Assembly: GCF_006345805.1 (NCBI RefSeq)
Contig: NC_043011.1
Span: 12,908,464-12,972,463, forward strand
Origin: Octopus sinensis
Taxonomy: Eukaryota
Direction: 5' to 3'
Length of the DNA stretch: 64,000 bases
Below are positions 11,734-25,371 of this stretch, piece by piece. Position numbers and translations under genes: made by a program. Numbering within the stretch: the first letter of the stretch is position 1; each line of letters opens with the position of its first letter. Below the pieces are notes generated by a model. That model saw only the letters and a program-made list of their open reading frames with translations. It made no database searches and was not told where the DNA came from.

Positions 11734-12232
11734 TGTATAATATTTCGCGTATCTTAGATTGGCTTTTGTTGCCGAACCAAGCGTCCATTTAATTTGTTCG
11801 GTTTGTTCGGGATTTGGCTTGATAATCAAACTATAGCCAATTGGTAATTATTCATGAATAAGAATAAGAACATTATGTCCAATCTGTCTTTATTCGAAAT
11901 TGACTTTCATTTATTCTGCTATAAAGAATTGCTTGTTTTCTTCTTCGGCAAATTATGCTTCGTCTAATGATGGTTTCTGTCATAAGGAATGTGTAGCATT
12001 GGTAAATAACAGACGCATTTGTTAAAATCAGTACAGCCCATTTATTAATTTATTTTCGTTTCTCTAAGACATTCCAATTATTAACGATGTACACTTTGTC
12101 AGAAACCTCATTTTGATGCGAAAGAAAACTGCGTTTAAATTGTCAGACGTTTTTGCAGTTCGTTATTAGTATACTGATACGCCATAGAATATAACCTATA
12201 TCATATTATTTGCAAGTCCTCAAACTGTCTGA

Positions 12233-12274
<42 letters not shown>

Positions 12275-12431
12275 GGAGATTCAAGATGCACTTTGATGAC
12301 TAGGATGACGATATGCTGGCGATCGCCGTTCTCATACATATTAAACACAGCTTTTCTGTCTAAAACAAAAGCAAATAACGATGTTATGCTACGATATTCT
12401 CAAATATAATTTTTCCCTCTCTATATGAACA

Positions 12432-12630
12432 GAAATATTTCTTTCAAATTTTGGCCCAAGGCCAGCAATTCTGATGGGATGGAAAGTGAGTTACATCGAC
12501 CCCAGTGCTCAACTTATCGCTATTTTATCGATCCCGAAAGATAAAAGCGAAGTTGGCCTCATCGAAAATTAAACTCAGTACGTAAAGGTCTGTAAGAAAT
12601 GCCGCTAAGCATTTTGTCCAGCGAAAATAT
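12432..12630 (-). mobile_element. Diverged SINE family A variant
   Basis: catcgaccccagtgc...tttatcgatcccgaaag...aaactcagtacgtaa matches the reverse family A core, with a different tail. Confidence 0.6.
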
Positions 12631-12813
12631 TTGTCTAAGGTAGTTTTGTCCACACAACACCGCCATGTTTTAAATGTAAGCTCTATCTCTGAACTTAAAT
12701 GTATTTTTCCTGAAACCGATCTTGCGTATTGCTGTCCCGTTACTTCTTCACGGTATTCATTAAAGCTTAAGCTTACACCTAAATATTGACGTAATAAGTA
12801 AACATTAGCCATA

Positions 12814-13177
12814 TCTCTCTATATATATACAGCAAAATGTCTGTGTGTGTGTCCTTTATACAAATCCACAATTTTTCAGTTAGCGGGCTCGCACTTTCTA
12901 TGGTCATTTAAAAGCGTCCAAGGGTGGTTGTGCACATCTTTACATTTCCCCAGTCGCCCCGTAAAGCCATTAAAAAATCAATAGAAGTGACTTTTTTGTG
13001 AACTTTCTATCCAAAACCCAATCAAAATGCTCGGAACTTGATTCGCCAATTGAATGCCAGCTAGCTGTATGTGATTGATCGGAGATTTGGACAGTACTCA
13101 CGTGTATGTACGCAAGCACGTAGCTGTATATGCATGCACTAGCACTATGACCCGGCAACGCCAGGTCATAGTGCTAG
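12814..13177 (+). mobile_element. Non-autonomous Helitron family E
   Basis: A|TC...CTAG|T termini; terminal 18-bp-arm palindrome 13138-13178; further copies at 17675, 22656 and 49597. Confidence 0.8.
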
Positions 13178-13532
13178 TAAAGTTTAAAGCAAGGCAGCAA
13201 ATATGAGCATCGACAGTTTGTATTAAAAACTATTTTCTAGCAATATAGAAGAAAACAAAAATCTCATCGCTGATCTTAAAACTGACAATCTCTGCCATTT
13301 CTGTTGTATCTATGATATCGTTTGTTTTAATGGAACTTCTTATTATAATGATGTTTCATTTCAGCTCACTTTCTCTCACTTATATTCTCTTCTATTCTTT
13401 CTTACCCTCTTTGCCTTTAAATCTTTTCTATCATTTCTTTCTTATTAGCTGCTTCTATCATGGGAGCTACACCTCAAGTTATCTCTCTTCTTTTGTTGTA
13501 ACTTATAGTATCTGTGTGTGTGCTTGTGCATG

Positions 13533-13603
<71 letters not shown>

Positions 13604-13809
13604 TTGAGAAAGAGAGATACATACATACATGCATACATACATGCATACATACATAGATACATACATACATACATATATAAATAAATACATATCCACATAT
13701 TTACCACACAGTCACGTGAGTGTTTGGTAAGTAGTTTGCTTCCCAATCACATAGTTCTAAGTTCAGTCCCCACACCGGTATATATGCGTACACACACACA
13801 CACATAATG

Positions 13810-13888
<79 letters not shown>

Positions 13889-13890
<2 letters not shown>

Positions 13891-14444
13891 GCCCTGATGC
13901 AGTACCAGGCAGTGGCTCTCATGGCTTTTGATCTTAACTGATTGGAAGTGTTATCATCTACATTGTTTTGTCTTGGTATAAAAGATGGGCTACAGCAAAT
14001 ATTCTGCTCAATACCACAGATTTGCTTGTCAGTTGTTTGACCTTAACCAGTTGACCATATCCCTAAGTGGCTGACGATATGTGCATCTCTGATCACGAGC
14101 AGAAGTAGTGGGGGAGCATCATAGCCATGTGTTGAGAGGGATTCTTTGGGGTCTGAATAATTCACCTCTGGAAACATGGGTGGTTTTTTCAACATCCTTA
14201 AACAACCCTTATTCAGGGACCTTTTGAGCAGGATGGGCTACTCAACCTGAAGAAATTTCTAACTGGGCCCCACCTGCAAGGTCATGTGCTGTTTATCTTG
14301 ATATGAGATCACCATGTCGCGCACATATGGTTGTGATGCATTTGCCTGCTGTACCCTTATCAGACGGGTAGTCATGATGGGTATATTCGGCTTCGTATAT
14401 TTTACCCCAGTGTCACTTTGATGGCATGAACTACTCTCTCACTC
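13889..14444. mobile_element. ~555-bp unclassified repeat flanked by (AAT)n on both sides
   Basis: Sharp boundaries with (AAT)n at 13805-13888 and 14445-14505; an inverted diverged fragment recurs at ~48825-48935; no recognisable ORF. Confidence 0.6.
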
Positions 14445-14482
<38 letters not shown>

Positions 14483-14691
14483 TAATAATAATAATAATAA
14501 TAATATGAGGGAATATTATTCCAAACTTACAGGGAAAAATTCAATTTAGAAATACTAAATCAATTTTGCACATTACTTAATCATCGTTATATGTTTTATC
14601 TTATATTTAATATTTCTATAATATGTAATTTTTCTAAATGGTATAATTTAATTTTTCATTATTGAATTGATAAAAGGTGTTTTTTTTTCTA

Positions 14692-14728
<37 letters not shown>

Positions 14729-14729
<1 letters not shown>

Positions 14730-15102
14730 TAGCAGTATCGCCCGGCGTTGCTCAGGTTTGTAAGGGAAATAACTATAAAGCATTTTTAGAGAGTTATAGC
14801 CAAAAAATAGCAAAAAAATGGGAAAAAAATGATGGTAAATTTTTTTGAGAGTTAAAAAAGGTGGAGTTGCGTCCCCTAGACGGTCTGTGGTTTGGGTTTC
14901 TGATTCTCGACCCCGTGTCGAATTTATCGATTTTTTTCAGAACTGGGGGAACTTTTCAAAATTTTGGCTGCGTTAGTTTTGAATTATGACATTGGGCTAT
15001 GTGTGTGTCAAGTTTCATCAGAATCGGTTGAAAGCCGTGGTCAGAATGAGGGTACGAGAAAACAGACACACAGAAAACGCACAGACAAACTGCCGTTTAT
15101 AT

Positions 15103-15105
<3 letters not shown>
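14729..15105 (-). mobile_element. Non-autonomous Helitron family D
   Basis: Reverse complement of 11348-11733, sitting in (TA)n. Confidence 0.8.
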
Positions 15106-15148
<43 letters not shown>

Positions 15149-15450
15149 GTGGAGGCGCAATGGCCCAATTGTTAGGCTGCGGACTCTGGTCGTAGGATCG
15201 CGGTTTCGATTCCCAGACCGGGCGTTGTGAGTGTCTATTGAGCGAAACACCTAAAGGATCCACGAGGCTCCGGCAGGGGGTGGTGGCGATCCCTGCTGTA
15301 CTCTTTCGCCGCAACTTTCTCTCACTCTGTCTTCTGTTGGCCTGCTCGCTTAGCCAGCGGGGTGGCGTCATTTGAAGGCTAAAACAATGCGAAGGGCATT
15401 GTGACCAGCGATGTGTAGCAACATCTGATTGCCTGGTCAGTCACGTGATA
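15149..15450 (+). mobile_element. tRNA-headed SINE family C (tail variant 1)
   Basis: Head gtggaggcgcaatggccc...ggtttcgattcccagaccggg and ~150-bp body shared with 29059 and the 62011/62655 copies. Confidence 0.8.
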
Positions 15451-17176
15451 TATATATATATATATATATAAAGGGGGAAAGAGAGGAGCACAGAAAACAT
15501 AACCGATGTTTTCTATTTTATATAATGTACACGTGTTTCGGTAAACCAAGCACCATCATTACGTAGGTCGGCAAACCCTATTACGTAACCCAATACAATC
15601 AACATCTCCATCAGCATTACATGTGTGTATGCATGTATGCGTGCATGTATGTATATACAGAACAACACCTCTTTCACTCAAAAGTCACATGCTATCGTAT
15701 ACAGGAGAAACCCTGTCAACAGTCATCTAATGGCATACCGTCTCTGGAGGCAAATACGTAAGCTCTTATAAGGGATTTAGTTGTAATTGTTGCTGTTTTT
15801 GCTGTCGTTGTTGTTTAGTCCAAAGTCAGGGCTAATTCATTAGACATATCTAATCAGTTCCAGGTAAGATACAGTTGTTATTTTCAGGTATCTAGCACTG
15901 CATTATCCAATTCGTTCTTTCTTTTTTTCTTTTTTTCTTCTAAGACTATGGTAAAGCGTAATTTAAGAGAGATCTGTTGCTATTTCTAGCAGATCAAGCG
16001 AGCACATAGAGGATCCCTCTTTGGTGTGTTATGGTATTTAGTAGTGATGGAAGCAGATATGCAAGCTTAATTTAATATGTGATGGTTATAGTCTGTCTTA
16101 AGTAATAAACTTAAATCCTATGAAGTTTTACACTTTTTTGATTGAAAGAATAATCTCTCCTGACCAGGATGTCGAGGTCAAATACTCTAAATTTGGGTAG
16201 ACTCATTAAATCCAGAGTGCATGGTAAGTCTACCAATATCATCTTCAAATAACTCTTCAAATAATTTTTCTTCCAGTACGTTATTGCTCAAATTCTTTTC
16301 AAACATAACAGTGAGTATATATTGACTAATTATATTTATAATAAACTCGAAAATTTGGCGAAAAAAATTGGCAAAATCCAGTCAGTTGTAAAAGATTCTA
16401 AGCTAGACAAGTCTGGTTTATTGGCTTTCTCCAACTACTAATTAGTTCACAGCTTGCTGATTCGAACAACAGGAAGCTCTGAACAAGAGAAACTGATACG
16501 TTGAACAGTCGTAGCTGCTAAGGGTTGCCAAATTACTACTCTGTGGCTTACACAAGCAACAAGTAGCTGAAAATTGAAGTAAACTACTAAGATTAATCAT
16601 TCTCATTGCCGGCAGAGACTGACATTTTTTGTAAATAAAAGAATCGTTGTGGTGGAAAGAGCTCTTTTGATGCAAAAATATTTGTTCATTCATGCAAAGC
16701 TTTATATGTTTCACTTTATGTATCTACACCTGCTCTTCCGTGTAATAGCTTAACGGTTTATAAACATATATATATTATATATACATGAAATTAAACAGTG
16801 ATATATAAATAAATACGCACAGAGACAATGGCAACAAAATAGGTGCTAGAATGATTAAAGTAAATATATTGATAAAATGTTGATTCATAGTCTTCCGATT
16901 GATAAAATATAAGCTCTGTACTCCTTTCTATTTTACAGAGCTTTTCTGAGCATTTCCAAATCATATTCCTTCCGAGATTAATGCTGCTAGATATTTCTCT
17001 CTTAAAATCCTAAATTTCTAGTACATACTCCAGCCTCTGGTTTACAGATGTATTGTCTCCCCTTTGTCTCTTCAACTAGTACCACGGAACTTGCTGGTCT
17101 CGTGCTAGCTCCCCTCATACTTCCCGATTCCTTCGTCTTTCTTCGTATTATCAGCCATATTGTATACCCCTGTCCC

Positions 17177-17409
17177 CTATTTCTTTACTGCCCACAAGGG
17201 ACTAAACACAGAGGGGGACAAACAAGGACAGGCAAACGGATTAAGTCGATTACATCGACTCCAGTGCGTAACTGGTACTTAATTTATCGACCCCGAAAGG
17301 ATGAAAGGCAAAGTCGACCTCGGTGGAATTTGAACTCAGAACGTAATGACAGACGAAATACGGCTACGCATTTCGCCCGGCGTGCTAACGTTTCTGCCAG
17401 CTCGCCGCC
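17177..17409 (-). mobile_element. SINE family A
   Basis: Full reverse-complement match to 8338-8568. Confidence 0.85.
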
Positions 17410-17674
17410 TATCCGCTACCAAACACCTCACTAACCCCTTCGTCTAATTCTTCCTCCCAAAAACATCGTCCACATCAGTCTCACTAGTCTCGAAAGGCCA
17501 GCCTAGGCCATAAAGCCTCTTTCTCTAGATTAAATAAATCAAGAGGATTTAATTTAGTGACTAATGCGTTTGTTCTGTGGTCATCAAGGTAGTGAATTTA
17601 CTGAAAGAAAGAGTGAACACTGTTCATATCCCGGGTCAGTTAATCAATGTTTTACTTTTTTCGTTTAATAATTA

Positions 17675-18038
17675 CTAGCACTATGACCCGGCAACGCCGG
17701 GTCACAGTTCTAATGCATGCATATACAGCTGTGTGCGTGCGCACATACACGCGAGTACTGTCCAAATCTCCGACCAATCACATACAGCTAGCTGGCATTC
17801 AATTGGTGTATCAAGTTTCGGGCATTTTGATTGGGTTTTGGAGAGAAAATTCACAAAAAAGTCACTTCTATTGATTTTTTAATGGCTTTGTGGGGTGACT
17901 GGGGAAATGTAAAGATGTGCACGACCACCCTTGGACGGTTTTGAATGACCATAGAAAGTGCGAGCCCTCTAACTGAAAAATTGTGGATTTGTATAAAGGA
18001 CACGCACGCAGACATTTTGCCGTTTATATATAGAGTGA
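17675..18038 (-). mobile_element. Non-autonomous Helitron family E
   Basis: Reverse copy of 12814-13177. Confidence 0.8.
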
Positions 18039-18301
18039 TTTTGTAAATTGTGTGGCAGAAACAATAGAACGCAGGATTTAATACCTTCTCGTAATATACT
18101 AATATCCCTTGACGCTTTGACTTCACATGCCACTGGGATAGGCTTTACTTTTCATTATTTTATGGTTTCTCATGATACCTTTTACTGGTTCTGTATTTAA
18201 CTGATCTAGTAATGATGACAGTCAAAGATAACCTTGGTGAGATTTGGACCTTTTATACTTTTTAACAAGTCTCCCACTAATTCAGAGAATAATTGATAAG
18301 A

Positions 18302-18731
18302 GGCGCAGGAGTGGCTATGTGGTAAGTAGCTTGCTTACCAACCACATGGTTCCGAGTTCAGTCCCACTGCGTGGCATCTTGGGCAAGTGTCTTCTGGTAT
18401 AGCCTGGGGCCGACCAATGCCTTGTGAGTGGATTTGGTAGACGGAAACTGAAAGAAGCCCGTCGTATATATGTATATATGTATATGTATATGTGTGTATA
18501 TGTTTGTGTATCTGTGTTTGTGCATCTGTGTTTGTCCCTCTAGCATTGCTTGACAACCGATGCTGGTGTGTTTACGTCCCCGTCACTTAGCGGTTCGGCA
18601 AAAGAGACCGATAGAATAAGTACTGGGCTTACAAAGAATAAGTCCCGGGGTCGATTTGCTCAACTAAAGGCGGTGCTCCAGCATGGCCGCAGTCAAATGA
18701 CTGAAACAAGTAAAAGAGTAAAAGAGTAAGA
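18302..18731 (+). mobile_element. tRNA-headed SINE family B, full length
   Basis: Head ggcgcaggagtggctatgtggtaag...gagttcagtccc, CORE-like cttgggcaagtgtctt, central TA/TG microsatellite, (aaagagt)n tail; many partial copies in the window. Confidence 0.85.
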
Positions 18732-19630
18732 GAATTAACCGTCATACTTCCTAAGTTCCGGATTTCTAACATCGATGAAATACCAAGTTCACAAGCACAT
18801 CAGACTAGCAACCAAAGTCTCCCTCATAAAACTAGTCACTGTCTTTTAATATGACAGACACATTAGACAGTGTTGTCCCATATACTTCCAAAAACACCGT
18901 AGGATCACGGCTGAAAGTCTTTGATTGTAAGTTTGTTTTAATCAGGATTGGTCAGAGACTAATGATCATCCACAGAATATTCGAATATTCATAAGATATC
19001 TTCTAAAAAGACCACATTTATGTGGTTGTAAATGTTGTCTGGTATTATTAAAGAAGAACAGAGTTCATAATCAGGTATTATTGAAGACCTTACAGGTCAT
19101 CTCCAGCAGTGGTATTAGGGCCACAACCCGGCAGACGGGGCTCTGGTGAAAATCCTCGGAGTATCTGTTTCGGCAACCGGCAACTCCTCGGTCGTTCTGT
19201 CCCTGCGTCTGCGGACAATCTGCGGCAAACAGGATGTCTCCACATGCGGGATTGTTGGGGACCGCTTGTGAAATTCCTATTCCCACGAAACTTCTTCCAC
19301 CGCCATGGTTCGAGATGCCTCGAGGGTGGTGGAAGAAGCCGACTCAACCCGCCCAGGGTGAATGTCGCCACAAGTACAAGTAAGATTAGGGTAACTGGGG
19401 TCTAATGTTCAGTGTTTCATTGGGTAAAATGTGAACAAGAAAGTCGTTCCAGAGAGTTACAGTGTTTAGGGAAGTAAAAAGATAAAGAATGAAAAAAGTA
19501 AGATAGGTGTGTGTGTCTTGGTTCCTCAAAGCTTGTTTACTAATTCAAATGAGAATAACATGATGTAGTAAAGATGGAAGACTAAGAACAACGATGATCT
19601 AGAAGTTTCGACATGTTGATAAGACTACCT

Positions 19631-19868
19631 GTTTCTTTACTACCCACAAGGGGCTAAACACAGAGGAGACAAACAAGGACAGACAGACGGATTAAATCAA
19701 TAATATCGACCCCAGTGCGTAACTGGTACTTAATTTATCGACCCCGAAAGGCTGAAAGGCAAAGTTGACCTCGACGGAATTTGAACTAAGAACGTAACGG
19801 CAGACGAAATACGGCTACGCATTTCGCCCGGCGTGCTAACGATTCTGCCAGCTCGCCGCCCTAAAGAC
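19631..19868 (-). mobile_element. SINE family A with TSD
   Basis: Flanked by gttgataagactacct at 19615-19630 and 19869-19884. Confidence 0.85.
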
Positions 19869-21591
19869 GTTGATAAGACTACCTAACAGACGGATATGGT
19901 CCCGAATAATAATGCCCGTCACTGCTGCACAATACGTATTTCATTTTATAGAGGATCACCAGCTGTTCAGATCAAACATATTTTTAGCCCCCGAAGAGGA
20001 AGCCTAGCCTTTGTGATACAGCTATAAAACATCATCGAAGATTGCGTGGTCTACAGTGTTTGACTATATAAATACTTTCAAAACTAGACAATCATAAATT
20101 GAATGCCATCATACATAGAGTTCAATTTTTTCCGCAAGAATAGCTATGGTGTTGAAGACAGCTAAAACCCATCGGTCAAGCTGTTATACCAAATGGGTTG
20201 ACTTTTCATAAAATTTGATAGAAAAAAATCTATTAAAAGAATCTCAGGCTGGCAACTATTTTGCAACATCTAATATCCGCCGTATTAATCGATACAAAAT
20301 AGTGCGAATTACCAGAGAATCACCACACCAGAAAAAATCACGCAACAATCACCACAGAAACAGAAATATGTGACGTCATCCTATTCCGATATATTTTTCA
20401 AATTACTTCTTAGTACCTAAAAATAGGCAGAGAGACCACTGTTCAATATACAACTCCGCCAATCGGAAACTTCCCAAAAATTTCCTTTCGACAAGCCAAC
20501 CAGGGAGCCCCTACATTGTCGGTCGACTTGCTAGAAATAGCAGCTAAATCACACTCATCACCTTACAAAAACCGAAGGAGTCATACTTGATTTAGTCTTA
20601 TACGCTCTAAAAAGCCCAGAGGGTCGTTGTTGGAATGTCTTCGATTCTACATAGGTATGGTGAATCAGTGTGGACCTGGTTTGGTATAACAATTACAACA
20701 GCAATTATACAATGAAGAAACGGACAGTTTTCGAATAAAAAGCTTGTAAATTCTTGAAACATTTTGTATTTTGTAATTATTGTCAGCTGTAACAGGTTTT
20801 TAAGTACCATTCACTTTATTAGAAATATGCATTGAAGCGTGGCAATACTTTGCTGTTGTTTAGACTGATCAATCATGAATAAAGGCATTCTAGTCGTGAC
20901 AATTGTACCTTTTCAAATAGAAAGTATTCAGGATTTCATGATACAATATTCCCTTCCATTTCTTTTAATAGATTTGGCTGTTGTTTCTTGTAGATCTGAT
21001 GATTTTTAAAAAAGATTTCCTTCTTGGCTCGTTAAATTGCCTAGTAAGCCCTGATGGAGGAGACCTATGATCAAATCTCTTGTCATGACCATCCAGTCTT
21101 GTTCAAAGTGTCTTTACATTTTCTTCAGGGTATGATTTAAGAACTCTTTTGGCTGTTATCTCAAACAAGTCCAACGCCCATGTAAAGGTACCCTCGCCAG
21201 CTTAAAGCGGTGGTTCCCAACCTGTGGTCCGCAAAAGTAGTACTGAGGGTCAGTGAACTAAATTCAAGTTGGAGATGGGAAAGACGACTTCCCTTTGCTA
21301 ATACTGATAGGGCACAGAAAGTGTATCAATAGCCAGCTGGAAGAGATGTCTGCCTGGGGCTACAAGTTACAGTAGAATAAACCCTTAAGGGTTAGCCACA
21401 TTTAGATGGCAAATATACTTCACGATATATATATAGGCGCACACACATCTTTTAACAAAATTTTGTTATTTTTCCAATATCATAGGTTTCCTCAGGGTTG
21501 AAAACGCGCATTTATTCAACCATTTATTTGACGAGAATCTGACGTAAATTCACGGTTGGCTCGAGATGTCAACAACATTGAATTACTTATG

Positions 21592-21626
<35 letters not shown>

Positions 21627-21641
21627 TATATATAATATATA

Positions 21642-21672
<31 letters not shown>

Positions 21673-22023
21673 AGTTCAGCAAAATTTAGATTCAAATGAA
21701 TATGGTACTTAAGTTAGATGCACCAGAATTCTGTATGGTGTTATCCATATAAATCTATGGGGTGATTATAATCAAAATAAGCAAAAAGAATAACTCCGGT
21801 AATTTGGTACGATCGTTTCGCACTACATCATTTTATTAAATATTGTAAGTATTACAACAGTTTTAAAATGCTGAGCACTCATCAGCCATTAATAGATGTT
21901 TTCCATTAATATATAATTTTCATATTAAGTGGTAACATTATAGAGATGTGGATTTAAATTTTAAGAACATTTGAGGTAGTGGGGCCCATCAACTGACTGT
22001 ATATATATATATATATATATATA

Positions 22024-22370
22024 TACAGAGGTGGGCGTAAGTCCGTCAATCGTTAATTAACGAAGTTATCATTATCGGACTAATTAACTTCCATTACACT
22101 TAGATTCTGTTAACTCAAGTCTGTAACCCAAAAATTTCATAAAAACCGGTTTAAAACGTTTAAAGGTTTCTATTGTTTTCAGATTGTCTTAACATATTTA
22201 GTATTGAACGCGTCATTCTTTCAACCTGATACACCGCCACTTATTATTATAAATTACTTTTGCAAAGACACCGGGAAATTTCTTTTGTCCTGTCAAGAGC
22301 GAACAGTGATTGAGGTGTTTCCACTTGATCCGTGACCTCGCGGAGGTGGATGTCGAGAAAATATTGACTA
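22024..22370 (-). mobile_element. Possible Tc1/mariner 3' remnant
   Basis: TA|CAGAGGTG-type end next to (TA)n; minus-strand VFAKVIYNNKWRCIRLKE*RVQY weakly resembles a Tc1 C-terminus. Confidence 0.3.
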
Positions 22371-22655
22371 AAGTATGTATGTATGTATGTATGTATGTAT
22401 GTATGTACGTACGGAAGTCATTATCCAACGGCTGCAAAACATTGGTTGTTTCCTTTGTGACGTGTGGGGGCTGCAGAATAAGAATAAGAAACCTATCCGA
22501 GAATGAGGTGGAGAGAAAATAGACCTCGAAATATTCATAACTGTCAGCTAATTACCAGAACATGTAACTTCAGATATAGCAGTGTTTTAGCAATGAATAC
22601 AATGTATATACTGTATATAATATAAATTGTATATTTTGTGCACATTATATACGTA

Positions 22656-23016
22656 CTAACACTATGACCCGGCAACGCCGGGTCATAGTGCTAGTGCATG
22701 CATATACAGCTGCATGCGTGCACACATACACGCGAGTACTGTCCAAATCTCCGACCAATCACATACTAACTGGCATTCAAGTGGCGTATCAAGTTTCGGG
22801 CATTTTTATTGGGTTTTGGAGAGAAAATTCACAAAAAAGTCACTTCTATTGATTTTTTAATGGCTTTGCGGGGTGACTGGGGAAATGTAAAGATATGCAC
22901 GACCACCCTTGGACGGTTTTAAATGACCATAGAAAGTTCGAGCGCTCTAACTGAAAAATTGTAGATTTGTATAAAGGACACACACACAGACATTTTACCG
23001 TTTATATATAGAGAGA
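22656..23016 (-). mobile_element. Non-autonomous Helitron family E
   Basis: Reverse copy of 12814-13177. Confidence 0.8.
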
Positions 23017-23061
23017 TATATAATATACAATGTACATAATGAAGCGGGGATACTTTTGTTC

Positions 23062-23159
<98 letters not shown>

Positions 23160-23744
23160 ATATACATACATACACGTGCGCGGCGCATGTGTACACGTGT
23201 TTATATGATGCTTATAAAAGTGTGAATAAACGTACGCATATTTTTATGCTTGTATGTGCACATATATATGTACATAATTATTGTTTGCAGTGTTTTGCAA
23301 CGAGTGTTACAGTCCAACGCATGTGGTGTTTAAAAAACATTATAAAACTAATACACGGACAATATTCGGCCATGTCATAGACAACATAAAGCAGCGAGCA
23401 GGAATAGCTATCTACGAGGCAGAACACTGCAGGGCGTAACAACATGGCCACAGATTTATTAGGACAGATGCATTCATATTTATGTATAGATTGTATATAT
23501 TAATGATTGTTTTGTTATAATAAAAACAATTTTACAATAAATCAGTAAATTTGGCAGAGTACAAATTTATTATTCTTTGAAAACAATAGTACTGATAGTG
23601 ACTAAGAAGTTTCGGCCGGCCAATCATTCAATAGAACTCAGCTTACGCTAGAAACTTTTAACTTAACAGAGATGAACTAAAGCCATAAAATATACCACGG
23701 TCCGATGATGGCTTATTTGGCCTAAAATTCGAAATCATTATCAG

Positions 23745-24161
23745 GGATCATTTCGGTTTGAACGGCAGTTTTTTCTAGCGGTGTCATATGAAATTGTCAC
23801 CCATAATTATGACCCTAGTATCGATCTATTGCATTTCAATGTTTTAGGGTTAGGATTAGGGTTAGTGGGGGAAGGGTATCTTTTTTTCTTCACAAATGTA
23901 AATAAACTCAATCTGTTTCTTAAACGAGGGACATATTCATACGGCACAGAATGTTTTCACCTCAATAGACGTCATTGATTGGTTGAAATTGCAGAAATTG
24001 AAGAAAAACAACAACAAATATCTTACAAACTATAGAATTTTCTCAATAAAGCCAAGAGAAAAAGATGTTTTACAAACACATTCTACCAGTATACGAAGTT
24101 TAAAATTTTTTAGTTACGTGGAAATTATTTTTAAAAACTGCCGTTCAAACCGAAAAGATCC
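23745..24161. mobile_element. Merlin-like MITE family F (full)
   Basis: ~28-bp TIR ggatc(t/a)tttcggtttgaacggcagtttt, GG...CC ends, perfect 8-bp TSD attatcag (23737-23744 / 24162-24169), internal TTAGGG-like run. Confidence 0.8.
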
Positions 24162-24860
24162 ATTATCAGTAGTATTCTTGTTAAAAACTATTTATGTATA
24201 TACACCAACTTAATCGTCGCCAACACCATGCTCACTCCGCCACGTACCTTAATAAACACTCTGTGCATTATACCATTATTATTCTTTTTTATGTTCCAGA
24301 TTCTGATATATAATAGTTTTAATCCATGTGCGCACCCATATGTGTGCATGCGTGTGTGCGCGTGCGTGCATGCCTGTATGTGTTTGGTGTATGTCCACGC
24401 ATCAGTTAATCAACATTTTTGTCACCTCTTGCCATTTGCGTTACACGTTTGAGAAATAAACTTATGGCGTAGAAATAACAATTCTGTTAACTGGAATTAG
24501 TTAACCACCCATCGCAGAGGTCTTTTAGTTCGTTACTAACAAGTGTGTACCATCTAACCAATTTCTTCACACTGAAGACAGAGGCTGAATTTACGTTAAC
24601 GCTTATATACACCCACTACTATATGCATATTCTTGACTTTTCCACATTCCATTACCAACATTACAACCATTACATAATTCCAGGTCCCAGAAACAGCTGT
24701 CGGACCTGGTGTGCTATGCCGTCTCCCCTTAGTTTTCTGTATCTTTTGTACTCCATGTAAATCTGTTCCGTAAATATATAAATACCAATATGTTTATACA
24801 CAAGTGTTCATCTTCTGAATATTTTCAGTTTTTGTTTCTCTCTCTATATATATATATCCC

Positions 24861-25371
24861 CTGTGCTCTTCTCCAGTAGCCAATGTGGTATCTCGCAGCC
24901 CGGGGATCCCACTGTTTCGTACCATCATATTAGAATTCTTACACTTTTGATCCATAGAGTATATTGGCCAGGATACTGGGGTAGGTGGCCAGGTCTTTCC
25001 CCAGGCCAGAGCCGTTTAGCCAGCATACTTACCATATGCCGTTGCCACCCCCAGCACCACGGTGAGGAGAACGGTTGGGCTTTAAGCAGATCAGGCCGAA
25101 AATGTCGCTACAAGCTAGGATCACCAAGCATAGATTGGCATATTTCGGTCATATTATGCGGAGAAAATCCCTGGAGAAGGACATCATGCTCGGAATGGTC
25201 AGTGGCAAGAGAGTAAGAGGCCGACCAAGAACCCGCTGGTTTGACACCATCAAGAGTGATACCGGAATGGACATAGCCAATCTGAAAGAAGCGGCCCAGG
25301 ATAGAACTGACTGGAGGACACTGATCCAACGAGTGACCGAGAGTCGACTTCGACTGAGCGGATAGAGAGAG
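24861..25371 (+). mobile_element. RTE (BovB-like) LINE insertion with inverted 5' segment
   Basis: 25084-25365 encodes the RTE ORF C-terminus (RLAYFGHIMRRKSLEKDIMLGMVSGKRVRGRPRTRWFD...AQDRTDWR); (GA)n tail; 13-bp TSD atatatatatccc (24848-24860 / 25372-25384); 24861-25080 reads as RTE 5' region on the minus strand. Confidence 0.8.

Noticed and set aside
15149-15222. tRNA genes at SINE heads (also 29059, 57059, 62167)
   Set aside because: Cloverleafs are incomplete or mispaired and continue into repeat bodies; treated as SINE heads.
23698-23740. HHR-like ccgatga-tggc..gcc-taaa-attcgaaatc
   Set aside because: G12 is missing and there is no stem I partner.
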